A stretch of 63,932 nt of DNA, the filler included, from Neolecta irregularis DAH-3 (taxonomy: Eukaryota), in assembly GCA_001929475.1 (NCBI GenBank). It is 5 parts of 5 records of this genome, joined end to end, with 100 filler letters (N's around TTAATTAATTAA, not from the genome) between each part and the next. Parts side by side here need not be neighbours in the genome. Positions count along the whole stretch, not along the records: positions 1 to 26,001 come from LXFE01001045.1; positions 26,102 to 40,501 come from LXFE01001049.1; 3 more parts are not named here. One strand, 5' to 3'. The notes beneath the pieces were generated by a model that was not told the origin of the DNA, did no database searches, and was given only the letters and a program-made list of their open reading frames with translations. Position numbers and translations under genes: made by a program. Position 1 is the first letter of the stretch. Each line of letters begins with the position of its first letter. Below are positions 25,034-36,697 of the stretch, piece after piece.

Positions 25034-26001
25034 TTGAAGATAGGGTGTGTGACTTATAAGTCTTCCCCACACCCGGGCCGGGAGGGGAAATGAGCTGTCA
25101 TATTCTTTCCGGATGTGTGTCGGGAGTTTCAGAGTGTGAGTACTTGACCGATCTGGTCCGTACTCCGCTGAGTCCTAGAGTCGTATAGTAGTTGAGGGTC
25201 GCTAGTAGTAGTAACGGCTCGTGTTATTATACAGTGTTATGCCTCGGGCGCTAATCGCGCTGCCGGTCATCTGACTGGTCCGTGTGGGACACTATCCACA
25301 TGGCGATCCAAAATCTCGGACTGGGAGGGCGCCCACAGCTTGTGGCGACCTCTATGTCTGACTCTGTGAGTACCGTTGTGTTGGGGCGGTGGGACTTGGT
25401 AGTGCCCACACAGAGCATGAGATCCTACATTGGCAGATAGGAGATGCATAATGACGCCAAAACAAACTAAAAGCATTATCCATGCTATAGAAAAATAGTC
25501 ACAGAAGTGAGACAGGATCGCGCAAATATGGTGAGGACTCATTTCTTGCTTATCTACGTCAAGCCGCAAGAGTTTTAAAAGATAGGGTTCTAACATCTAA
25601 TGATCCCGAGAAGGCAGAATCCGTTGATTTTTCGGTCAACACGTGCTATTCTTTGCGTTGAAGTTCTCGCTACTCCCAGCGTAGTATGTAGGGGATGTTT
25701 CGTGGCAAAGGTGAAGAGATTATGATATTCAAAACCAAATGTTCCATTGATTCTTATCTAAAAGAAATTGAACCGAAGATCAACTCTAAAAGGATTAGAA
25801 ATGGTCTGGCAAAGAAAATATAGTGATTGTGATTGATCAGAATCGTTAGGTGCCAGAAAGCCGGAACCTCATGTGCAAATAAACACCTGATCCTGATTAG
25901 CATTTCTGTTCCATTGTCCGGCTGGGAGGTGCCGCAATTCTTCCTTCACGGAGGTAGTTAGGTTTCATCACCTATTTTTTAACCTCTTACAGAAATAAAT
26001 G

Positions 26002-26101
26002 NNNNNNNNNNNNNNNNNNNNNNNNNNNNNNNNNNNNNNNNNNNNTTAATTAATTAANNNNNNNNNNNNNNNNNNNNNNNNNNNNNNNNNNNNNNNNNNN
26101 N
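26002..26101. other. Assembly gap (N-run with TTAATTAATTAA linker)
   Basis: N-run containing the six-frame-stop linker; the same structure occurs at 40502, 61146 and 62706. Confidence 0.95.
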
Positions 26102-26200
26102 TCTCTCCGTCACTCTCTCCGTCACTCTCTCCGTCACTCTCTCCGTCACTCTCTCCGTCACTCTCTCAGTCCGTCACTCTCTACTCCGTCACTCTCTCTC
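26102..26200. repeat. 12-bp tandem repeat (CTCTCTCCGTCA)n overlapping the BFR1 stop codon
   Basis: About five perfect copies followed by degenerate copies, running into the gap. Confidence 0.9.
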
Positions 26201-27600
26201 ACGCCCTCCGTGACTCCCTCCCGCGCCTGCTCCTCAATCTCCCGCTTCACCCGCGCCACCCTCTCCTCAGTCACCCTCTTTTGATTCTCCCGGTAGTACC
26301 CCAGCCTGGCCTTCAGCTGCTCAACAACCCCCCCTATCTGCTCCCGCGCGTACGGCGGGGATACATCAACCTTGCCAAACTCTGCAAGCACCCCGATCTG
26401 CAGCGAGTACTTGTCGCTCGCCCCGCGCCCCTGCTTCTTGCCCTTCTTCTTCCCGCCCCCCATCATCATAAACGCCTCCTCCCCCTTGCGCTGCAGTGCT
26501 TGGCCCTCAGGCGCACTGATATCCCGCCTCACAAAATCCTCCGCCTTCTGCTCAACAACCGCAGCCTCACTCCCCCGATCAAAATACTTGATCAACTACA
26601 GTCAGCAGGAAAAGTGGCACACACACATTCTGACACGTGACTATCTCCACGCCATACGCTTCTTCGCTAGCCTCCTCCAGCTTTCTCTGCGCCGCCTTTT
26701 GTCGTTTCTCCCGTTCCATAGTCTCCCGTTCAAGTTGCTTCTTCTCCCATCTCCGCTGCTTCTCCGCAGTCTCCCACTCCCGGTATTCCTTGTTCTTTTC
26801 CCAATTCTCCTGTTGCACTGCTTTTCTAGCGCTCCACAACTCATCCCTGCGTTGCTGAAGACTCGCTCGCTGCTCAAACAACTCGGACCGCGATTTATAC
26901 GCCACTTCATTCTCCACCTTTAGCTTTGCTAGTTCCTCGTGGAGAATGTTAGCCTCTTGTGCTAATTTCATCGTCTCCGCATCTTCCATTTGTTCCCGAA
27001 CTTTTTTCAATTCCGCTTTCTCCCGATCGATAGCAGTTTGCTGGTCCATAAATGTACTCGTTGTTTTCCTCATCCTCTTGTAATTGCTTATCTGAACCAG
27101 CGTTTTCTTTTCTTCCACGATCTTCATCGTTCCCGAATCGACTTGCTCCTCAAGTTTTCTATAATCAAAGAGCGTTTCACGCGATAGATACCCGATTAAA
27201 GAGTCTAGCTCTTCAATGCTCTTGAACGGTTTATTCGCTTTGGAAGACTGCAATTCCTTCACCTACCATTAACCCACCCACAATAACACCTCACCTTTCG
27301 TTTAACACTATCCTCAAGAATTTTAGCTTGTTCGTACTCTTTACTCTTCAAAGCTTTGATAGCAGCTTGTCTCGCTCTAATCCCATCCAATTTCTCTCGC
27401 AACTCCTGTACCTTGATCTGGTTTTTCCCCTGACCATTCGATATTTGTAAACGTAGCGCAGTCTATAGTCAGACGTGTTTGCAATCATTTCTTACTAGTT
27501 GATCGTTGACGTGTAACAAATCTTTGTCCGATTCCGCGAGAATGCATTTATATGCTTGGTCATCTGGTTTTTCGGGTTTCGTGGCAACTGGCGAGACCAT
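26158..27600 (-). CDS. BFR1: Bfr1-like coiled-coil mRNP/nuclear segregation protein
   Basis: KPEKPDDQAYK N-terminus; PFKSIEELD; LEEQVDSGTMKIVEEKKTL; GGGKKKGKK; DVSPP...LKARLGYYRENQKRVTEE. Confidence 0.85.
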
Positions 27601-28076
27601 TTTAGATGGAGGACAAAAGGGAGGCCCAACTTGCTGGTATGGCGAGGGGTTGGAAAAACGGTCACGGTGGTTGTTTGTTCCCGGGTGGCGCAAAGGTCCG
27701 CCTGACATTTACACTCGATTTCTCAAGATTGACGTTACAGACGTAGATAATCCTGACATGTATTAATGTTTAAAGAACCTTGGTTGTAATGTATGGCGGC
27801 CTGTTGGCCTGGTCAGTCGACGTTGACGATGCTCGTTCATTTATTCAGTTGCTATCGTTGATAGGAAACGAAGAATCCTTAATCAAATTGCCCCCTTGAA
27901 ATTCAAGATTTAGCAATAGTTAGAGAAACACTTCTTTCCAAAACAAATTGATAATGAGGTGGATATTTAGAAAGTGAATAATGGAATTTGGTTCCTTTTG
28001 GGGTTTCTCTAGATCAGTTTTCGTATTAGGCATGTCTGGAAAAATGCTCTTGAATCATCAATGTAGTCATATCTAT

Positions 28077-28230
28077 TGTAAGGATATACCGATATACCCT
28101 TACCAATACGGCAATACTACCAACTTAGAGGACGGCAGCTAGAAGCCAAGTACGTTTACTTAGACTAGGTATGTCCAGTACCTTTACTCAGGCTAGCTAT
28201 TGTCTTTTCGTACTTTTAAGCCTAGTTACA
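28077..28230 (+). mobile_element. Solo LTR (154 bp) with 5-bp TSD TCTAT
   Basis: Begins TGTAA and ends TTACA; TCTAT lies at 28072-28076 and 28231-28235. It is homologous, in inverted orientation, to 30647-30810. Confidence 0.85.
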
Positions 28231-28342
28231 TCTATTGTATCGGATATAGGCGAAAAATAAAGCCACAAAAGGCTTTCAGTGTTTTGATACCCCGCAATAT
28301 TGAAAATCGTGATTTATGATATTCTTTATCCTCTTAGCAAGT

Positions 28343-28375
28343 GTCCTTGAGCAACTGTCCTTGAGCAACTGTCCT
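28343..28375. repeat. 14-bp tandem repeat (GTCCTTGAGCAACT) x ~2.4
   Basis: Directly visible in the sequence. Confidence 0.7.
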
Positions 28376-28412
28376 CGACAAGGATAGTAAAACACAAAGT
28401 TAAGAAACCCAA

Positions 28413-28877
28413 TTATAAAACTCCAATTGCACCCCGAATTCTCTCCAAAATTCTACGATATCTCGGTATTTCTATATTGCGTTCCTCTGTAACATTGTCG
28501 ACGGGAGCGAGGTCGAGGAGGACACCAAACTCCGAGGCGTAATTCTCCCAACCAGCCTTTCCACAATCGATAATACAGTTATGATAAACTTTTTGAAAAG
28601 TCTTTCCGATGACTGAACAGGGCACGATTTGATAATTCATGACACTAGAGATCTCGGCACGACATCCACCATATACAGCAACTTTCATATTATTTAGTAA
28701 ACAATGGGCACCATCTCCAAGCCTGAGGCTGTCGACCAGTTTCTCGTATGCGTCCTTGCAGGCTTTGAAGACAGTCACAGGAATGTCGGCACCTGCATCA
28801 AAGCATGTCGAGTGGTGGCTTGCATGCACGACGAGCGAGTGAAGCAACGCAAGGCCGCCGAAGATAGTGATATTCAT
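28413..28877 (-). CDS. Small secreted Cys-rich protein (effector/toxin-like), paralog A
   Basis: Intronless; signal-peptide-like MNITIFGGLALLHSLVVHA; six Cys aligned with the 29485-30003 protein. Confidence 0.75.
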   Translation of the reverse strand: MNITIFGGLALLHSLVVHASHHSTCFDAGADIPVTVFKACKDAYEKLVDSLRLGDGAHCLLNNMKVAVYGGCRAEISSVMNYQIVPCSVIGKTFQKVYHNCIIDCGKAGWENYASEFGVLLDLAPVDNVTEERNIEIPRYRRILERIRGAIGVL

Positions 28878-29484
28878 AAATCGAACTATGCGTGTCCGGC
28901 TCAGGAGTAAACAATTGGGAATATGGAACGGCAGCATAGAAGCAAAGCGAGCTTTTATAGCTTTGAGCGTGTTGTTTGATATTTCCGTATTCGGGATAGT
29001 ATAAGCTGCACATGAGACAGTTACAAAGCTTTAGAATAGATTCCTATAGAACTTGGGAATAATTGACAGTGGGATTTATAATCGACAAACGATCTGCACA
29101 GAAAAGGATGCTGAACAAATATTAACAGTGACAAATAGAAAATACTCGTTTACTGTCAGATCGATACGAATCATGTGAACCGCAGAGCGTGTTGGACCCC
29201 AACGTTTCTTGAGAACGTCGGTTCGGTTCGAAACACCCTAGAATCTTCTAGCGGACTCTTATTCATGTTGGGTACAGACAATGTACGTAAACTGGTCGCC
29301 AATAAGCTTTCGTGGGCGTTGCACTGTCCGTAGAGCTGATCATTCAAAGAAACCTGGACAAGGGCAGTTCCCGAGAGAATATCACTCTACCATACCACCG
29401 TTATATTCTCAAACATCTATCCCATTACAATTTGCACCCACCTCCGAAAAAACGACATTCAACATCCTCAAATCTCACCCCATT

Positions 29485-30003
29485 CTAGGCCTGAACCCTC
29501 CACTTGGGCCCTTGGAGACTGCGAAACTTTTCAAGGATATCCCAAGCAGCCTCTCTAATCGAGCCCTCTACATACTCTTCATCATTTTCGTCCGGATAAG
29601 CAACATCGATTTCATCCTCACCGTCCGCGAAATCCTTTGAATGTCCACTCGGCATTTTCTGAAGAAAAACGCCGAATTCCGTCTGATAGCCATTATATCC
29701 ACCAAACGCGGACTTTTTGGCACAGTCTTTGTAAACCTTGCTGAAAGCGTGGAGAATAGTCTCACAGGATGCGATGTGCAGCTTGAGAAACGGCGAAAGT
29801 TCAGCTCGGCAACCTTCCTTCTCGACAATCTTGATATCGTTGAGAAAGCATTCGTTCCCTTTGTCTAGTCGAATCGAATTGACGAGAGATGTGTAGGCTG
29901 TTTTACAGCTCTTGACTTCCGCATTTTGAAATTGTGCTGCTGATTTGAAGCAAAGATGAGACGCGACAATTGGAACGAGTACAAGGAAAGAGAGAAACTT
30001 CAT
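29485..30003 (-). CDS. Small secreted Cys-rich protein (effector/toxin-like), paralog B
   Basis: Intronless; signal peptide MKFLSFLVLVPIVA. It shares CF..CKxAYxxLVxSxRL..CxLNxxK..GCRAExS..C..FxKVYxxC..EFGVxL with paralog A and has an acidic C-terminal tail. Confidence 0.8.
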   Translation of the reverse strand: MKFLSFLVLVPIVASHLCFKSAAQFQNAEVKSCKTAYTSLVNSIRLDKGNECFLNDIKIVEKEGCRAELSPFLKLHIASCETILHAFSKVYKDCAKKSAFGGYNGYQTEFGVFLQKMPSGHSKDFADGEDEIDVAYPDENDEEYVEGSIREAAWDILEKFRSLQGPKWRVQA

Positions 30004-30646
30004 GGCCGTAAATTCAGTACAGGACAGTTGGGAACAAAGGGCAATTTATAATCTTTCACTCCTTGTTGATCTTGACGAGTTGCGTGTTTCTTTCACTCAC
30101 GATCCCCTAAATAGTATAGCTCGTATCAAAAATAGATATCGTCAAACGTAGTCAGCATCAACAAGTTTCATATCCTTTCCTTGGCATAGTCCATCCAATT
30201 ACAAGGAATATGATGAGCCTAGCAAGGATACCTGTCATCTTGTTCAGAAATGCTAGGCAGTGATCAAAATATATCTGGCTGACAAAGGGATGCAGTAATT
30301 TCATGGCCGTTGAAAGGCATTTAAGACTGCTCTTTGGCAAGCCTTCCGCTATATTGAACTGCATGAATTAATAAACACAGTGCTTGGATTCGCTAAACCT
30401 ATGAAGAAAAAGATTGTGTGGATTCTATGACAGGCATGAAGATTGGGTGAGAAGCTGTCATAACGATTTGGAAATGTAAATATGACAACTACAATTTGAT
30501 ATGAAATATGATATATTGATTCTTTGAATAACTAACCAAACGATATATTCAGCTGGGTTACGTGCGATTCCCGGTAATTGAATGAATTGCATTTATTTGA
30601 AGCAAGTCATTCGATGTGTGGTATCGAGGATAAATTTTACCCAAGC

Positions 30647-30810
30647 TGTAAGTTATGTGCTTAGAAGTACGGTTTATAACCAGCCGAAGTAAACGCACTT
30701 GGCTAGGTAAAGTCTAACTGCCGTCTTTAAATACAATCTCTTGGCAATGTACCTTGTTGGTGCAGTATTGCCGTATTGGTAAGGGCATACCCGAGGGGTA
30801 TATCCTTACA
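30647..30810 (-). mobile_element. Solo LTR (164 bp) with 5-bp TSD CAAGC
   Basis: TGTAA...TTACA ends; CAAGC at 30642-30646 and 30811-30815. Its reverse complement tgtaaggatatacc...cccttaccaatacggcaatact matches 28077 onward. Confidence 0.85.
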
Positions 30811-31842
30811 CAAGCTTACCTAATTGGATTGTCGTAACATGGTTTCCAAGAGCCTGCAACCAGCGCTAATGCATCCGGTAACAAGTTTGCTTGACTAGAT
30901 TGTCCGCTTTAAGGCGAGGTTTGCTACCAGCGGCACCTCACAAATAGGGAATAGTCACTGTCATGTGCATTGATCAAACAGCTTTACGGAAGTGACAAAT
31001 TCAAATCACCCGAGTCCTGCCGATGATCCACGTATATTGGCGACCTCGTCAAATGACCTAATTTAATATAATATAAAAAGTACATGTGATAACGAATTGT
31101 CCTATTTTGTATGAATATATATAACAGAACAAGCAAGGCAATACAGTGGCAGAGTTGTCGGAAAAGCCATGGGATCTCAAGAATGCAAGTATTTGTATGA
31201 ATTTGATAGAATGAAGCCTGAACTGGATTGTAGTAGGTTCTGAGATAGAAATCCTATATATCCAGTGTGGCCAATCACCCGACCCACCCACTCCGGTGGG
31301 TGGGTGGGTAGGCATGTGCCAATAGGTGGGTGGGTAGGTGGATAACCAAACCACCGGGGCGGTGTCGCAGTTAAGTAGGTGGTTGTTGGTAGGTCGCCCG
31401 TGGGTGCCTACAAACCTGCCCAGGAAATCAAAAACGGGGCATGGGCAGGATATGCCACAATGTTAAAACGAACGGCTGAGAAGCAAAATAGTTTGTTCAG
31501 GTCGAAAGACACCACTGTTTTCAAGCATATGGCCACAAACCCTAGAATACAACACAATAAAATCCTGTTCACTGGCATGAATATTTCTTAAATCTTTTAA
31601 TATTACCAGCTGCTTTGAATGGGCTAGTCGAGGTACCCGATGGAATAGGAATTTGTAGTGGCCGTCAGAAATGAAGGCTGGGGCGAGAGACATCGCATTA
31701 AGACCCCCAGTCTCACATGTGAGACCCTCGTTTGGGATTCTCACCCAATTTTTGACCAGACTCGGCGATTATTCTCTGCACATTTCTTCTCTTTGCGGTA
31801 TCTCGCTCCACCCACCTTTGCTTGGTTTCTCTACAACACACT

Positions 31843-33511
31843 ATGACAGCTCTCCCAATTCATGATAAAGGAACTGTCTCCGGTCCTCTGATTTCCCAAA
31901 TTTCCACAGATTCAATACCTACAGATGTCTTCAGTTCTGATAAAGGAGATCCCGAAGTCCCCAAATCTGCATTGGAGAGACTAATCAATATTTTTGCATG
32001 CGGCTCTGTGTTGTTTTCAGACGTACTCCTTTGACTCCCAGTAATAGCATTAACAACAAGGGATATCTGAATGGTGTAATCGGTCCAGTGAACACAATCT
32101 TGAAAACGATATATCCACAAGAGTACCAAAATAGCAATTACAGCAAAAAGGTCTCGTCAATAGTCTTTGCAGGAACAGTTGTCGGACAATTATTGTTTGG
32201 GTATTTATCTGATAAACAAGGTCGACGATTCGGCATGTTATCTGCCACTATTATTCTTATTGTATTTTCTGTACTTTCTGCAGGAAGCATGGGCCTGAAA
32301 CATTCAATCCATGGAATGCTTGATGCCCTGACCGCTTGGAGATTTTTCCTTGGTATCGGAATTGGAGCAGAGTACCCAGCTGGTTCAGTAGCCTGTTCGG
32401 AAGCGTCATCCGAGCAAGAAGAAGGAAGTCGACATGCATGGTTCGTGATGTTTACCAATTTTCAAATCGACCTTGGCTTCGTTCTCTCCAGTCTCATTCC
32501 ATTTATCCTCATCTGTATTTTTTCGCAAGACCATTTACACATCATCTGGAGACTTGCCCTTGGCTTTGGAGCTCTTCCTCCTCTTTCGGTCTTTTATTTC
32601 AGATTGACCATGAAGGAACCAGCTGCTTACAAAAAGGGAAACATGAAGAATACGCGGATTCCATATGGTCTTGTCGTCAAGAAGTACTGGAAACGACTGG
32701 TTCCTATCGCTACAGTTTGGTTTCTCTACGATTTTTCGGCATATAGTTTTAGCATTTACTCTACAAGTATATTGCAAAAGATTGTACCGGATGTATGCAT
32801 ATTTCCCTTTAATGAATACTGACACTTCAGGGATCACTGAGAAAGAATTTTGGTTGGAATACTTTGATCATGACATTCTATCTCCCGGGAGCCATGTGCG
32901 GAGGGTTCGCAGCGTATTTGTCCCCCTTCTCATCCCGCTAATGAAAGCGACCGATTCGGACCGCGAATGGTGCTTTTTGTCGGATTGATGCTCCAAGCAC
33001 TTGTTGGCTTTCTGATGTCTGGGCTTTATTCCCATCTTATGAACAATATTGGCGCCTTTTGTGTCGTCTACGGTCTCTTCCTGACATTCGGGGAATTTGG
33101 GCCAGGGGATAATATTGGGCTCATTGCAGCAAAGAGCTCTCCCACTGCTATTCGAGGACAATTTTACGGTATAGCTGCTGCAGTGGGCAAGGTGGGTGCT
33201 TTCGTAGGTAGTTTCGTCTTCCCAGACATTATAAAACGGTTCGGCGGACCAGAAACTATCCGCGGCAACAGTGGTCCTTTCTACATCGGGTCGGCGGTAC
33301 GTATCTTCTAGCTTGTAGTCTGACAGGTTAGCTGGCGGTTGTTTCAGGTCTAATCGGTCTGTTCTTCTTGCCAAATGTATCTCAGCAGTCTCTTGAAGAG
33401 GAAGACGCCGAGTTTTCACGGTACTTGCAAGAAAATAATTTTGACATCACAACTATGGGCCTGCAATGCCGCTTAGACGTAGAGCAGGCGGCCATCGTTG
33501 AACGCGAGTAA
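31843..33511 (+). CDS. GIT1: MFS glycerophosphodiester (glycerophosphoinositol) permease
   Basis: IFACGSVLFSD|GY, FAGTVVGQLLFGYLSDKQGRRFGM, FLGIGIGAEYPAGSVACSE and GEFGPGDNIGL..K..PTAIRGQFYGIAAAVGK. Confidence 0.9.
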
Positions 33512-33738
33512 TTCGGGGCTCTCTTGTTGAAGATCATACAGCGGACGCCTAACCGCATTATACATTTGGCGTTTGGTGTTCTGGATACATGCATATATGC
33601 ATATATGCGTTGTGCACATATATAGATACAATACTGATAAATCTGGTACTGATAAATCTTCAATTGCCTTAGCCGGAGGTCGCGACGCGTCGTGAACAAT
33701 TCACATTCAACCGCATCTCTCAACCCTCCATGAAGTAG

Positions 33739-35840
33739 ATGGGCTATATAACCAGAAACAACTATGCCAAAGCATATCAGAAGCTCAGACCTCTCAGTTT
33801 TCAGGGGTCTTGTTCAGTCTTGCTGTTCGTCGCCTTAGACGTCGATGCTCTGTGTGCCTGCAAAATGCTTGCTGTACATCTGTCTTCTGAGTAACGATTA
33901 ATCGGATAGAGAATGATGAAGCGCGATTACATTCCTCATAAGATTCACCCTGTCGCTGGGTACCAGGACCTTGAAAAGGCGAATCGAGAGCTCGTTCAGG
34001 ATGATGAAGAGGTGTTCTTTTTTTCATTATCTGTTGACTCTCTAGTTGAAGTTCATCTTTATGATCAATTGCGGCGCGCTTATTGATCTTGTTGGGTATC
34101 TGCAGCCGCGGCAAGGATTGACGATATACGTGATTGACTCTCATCGACCTTGGAATCTGGATAATCTATTCGTGGAGGGAGAGGTCGTGGTATGGGATGA
34201 TGGAGAAATTGAGATGGATATGAAAGAAGAGAAAGAAGCATATATTGAACTCTCTGAGGTGTTTTATTTTTTGCAAGACCTGCTGAGTTCTAGATGCCGG
34301 AAGTTAGTAGTGATGATGAAGAGAACAAAGTAGTACAAGATACTACTCGGAAACGCAAGTCAAGGTCTAGAAGTGATGAGGAAGAAAGCGATTCTTCAAT
34401 AAATTCGCGACCTCGTCAACGCAGAAAGACTTCCTCTGCAAGCGTATTTATTATCCGCAACATTCTCTAGCCTTTTAGGAAACAGCGGATTCGTTCAAAT
34501 ATGTGGAAAATCCCTACCTTGCCCTCCGCAGAAAGCGCGGAAAACACCAAAGCACAATCTCAACGTATTATGATCGTGGGACTTGGTATGGCGAGTCAGT
34601 CTCTGGAGTTATCTACAGCCTTGCTTCTGAACTTTCACTAGAAGACAACGATCTCCTTTGGCTCGCAATAATCGGTCTTACAAATCAAGATCTCAGTCGT
34701 CGAGGAAAATATTCTCATTACTATCCATTATTGAAAGATGAAGTCAATCGTCTTAATCCACCCCCTCTTTCTGGCGAGAGGCGAATCAACGGTCGAAATC
34801 CGAGCGACAAATCAATTAAGGCAGAATGTGAATTTCGGTTTATGATGGTTAGACATTGGAGTTTGTATGATTCCATGCTTCATTCTCCTTACCTCTCTGC
34901 GAAACTTCATCTGTGGTCTGAAAACGGCCGCAAAAAATTGCATAAATTATTGGCAAAAATAGGGTTCTCCTTGGTACAATGCCGGCAGATTTATAGTCAT
35001 ATGGATATGGACCTCAAACGAACCCTTCGAGATAAACTTGGGGGAATGGCCGGTATGTATGGTCTTGACCAGATTATCTTTGAGAGTTTTACGAGATGTT
35101 GGGGATTCAAGGTCACACTCTCAGCAAGTGATGCTGCGTATGCCCTTGGTGCGATCTTGGAAATGGGTGTTCCTGAGAAGGAAAATACGGTATCACTTTC
35201 AGAGAGTAAAGAACTAGGCGAGGAATGGAGTAAGAATTTTTATACTGCAATGGATTCGTTAGATGAGTATCGATTTCTCTCTTCTATTTCGTTTGACGGC
35301 ATAGTATCGATCGGTTGAGAAGAGGATTATCGACAGCTATGGATTTACAAAAGGCAATCGTGAGAACTGGGACTGTCCTACTTGAGAAACGACTTATTCG
35401 CCAACTTTCAGCATTTCGGATGGCGATTGTGAAAGATGGACCGGATCTCGCAATATTCACTCACCCTCAAGCTCTGGGTAAACTCGCACTTTGGATCTCC
35501 GAAGCAATTGCCGTAGATTCCTTCTGCATATAATGTTGACTTTTAGGAGCAAGAAAAAGAACAATTTCGACGTCATCCTCTTCCTTTTGTTATAGCCTCA
35601 CTTGACGAATCAACGGACGGATATTTAATTGTCGGAACATCAGTATCCTCATCTTCATCTCACGAATCAGTACCTAAACACCCCGGTTTGAATCGCTTTG
35701 GACTGGCATTTCAGGAAGTCGCACGAACGAGTGGTGCTCGTGTGCGAATTGACAGCTTTGAAGCGAGTGTCGTCGAGTGTCGTAAGGACGATTTTGTGGG
35801 GTTCCTGGAGGGACTAAGTTTGCGTGCAGCATTAGATTAA
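33739..35840 (+). CDS. CDC45: DNA replication initiation factor Cdc45
   Basis: FVALDVDALCACKML, INCGALIDL, YVIDSHRPWNLDN, FMMVRHWSLYDSM and NRFGLAF. Confidence 0.95.
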
Positions 35841-35948
35841 CTCTCCTTTTCTGTAAATCATTATTTCAGGGGGATTGCATGGTTTTTCCTGTGTTGGCAT
35901 GGGTTGAATAGTAATGTTGATATGTAAAACCGCCATTGATCATTTGAG

Positions 35949-36568
35949 CTACATGTACCCACCTTTGATAATTTGTTCCTTCAATTTTTCCTTGGCCATT
36001 TGATAAGCATTCATAAGCCCCTGTTCCGTCAATTCAACCTTAACCACCCCAGTATCCATTGAGGGTTTACTAACTCTGGCTGCAACAGCAGTGGGTTCCG
36101 TTTCCAAAATTATTCTCAAATCAGACAATTATATTTAGAGGTGTACCCATCATCGCATGTTTCTTCTACTGCCAGACATACCTGATCATAATTCTCCAAC
36201 ATGGACCGTTTATCCAACGAGTGCCTATGTTTAGCACGTATTACAAAGGGGACCTACTTCAGCAGTATTTCTAGAGTATCCTTTATACAAACCACGACAT
36301 TATAGAGCATAACTTCATTTTCTTCGCAGTTACCTGCAACATAGATAGTGGTGTCGAGAAGCTGTTTGTACACGACGATGTGGTTTTCGTATAAAAGGAC
36401 ATCAGAGTTCTGTTTTTTAGTTTTCGCATGCAATCCGCATTCAAATTTCCGTTGTTGCGGGGTTGTTGAGAGAGAAGGAGGGGGCCGGAAATATTTAGCT
36501 AAGATCCGGGTGGAAGAGGAGTCGAGTATGAGAATAGAAGTGATGGTGTAGAGCGTGAGGTTGGGCAT
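35949..36568 (-). CDS. RET3: Coatomer zeta subunit (zeta-COP)
   Basis: LTLYTITSILILDSS..RILAKY...QQRKFECGLHAKTKK...ENEVMLY, followed by DKRSMLENYDQVCLAVEETCDDG.ILETEP. Confidence 0.9.
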
Positions 36569-36697
36569 TGGATTTAGTTGATGTGGAACACGATGCAATG
36601 GGGTCCAATACAATCACGTGTTTTATGGGATAGGTCAAATAGACACAGCATGCGAGATTTCGTTTCCTATTTGTCTAGACAATATCTCGGGCCAGGG

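Noticed and set aside
26046-26057. Palindromic TTAATTAATTAA inside each N-run (also near 40546, 61190 and 62750)
   Set aside because: Artificial scaffolding linker with stops in all six frames; not biological.
28077-30810. Composite transposon carrying the two secreted-protein genes
   Set aside because: Each LTR has its own distinct TSD and there is no shared outer TSD, so these are independent insertions.
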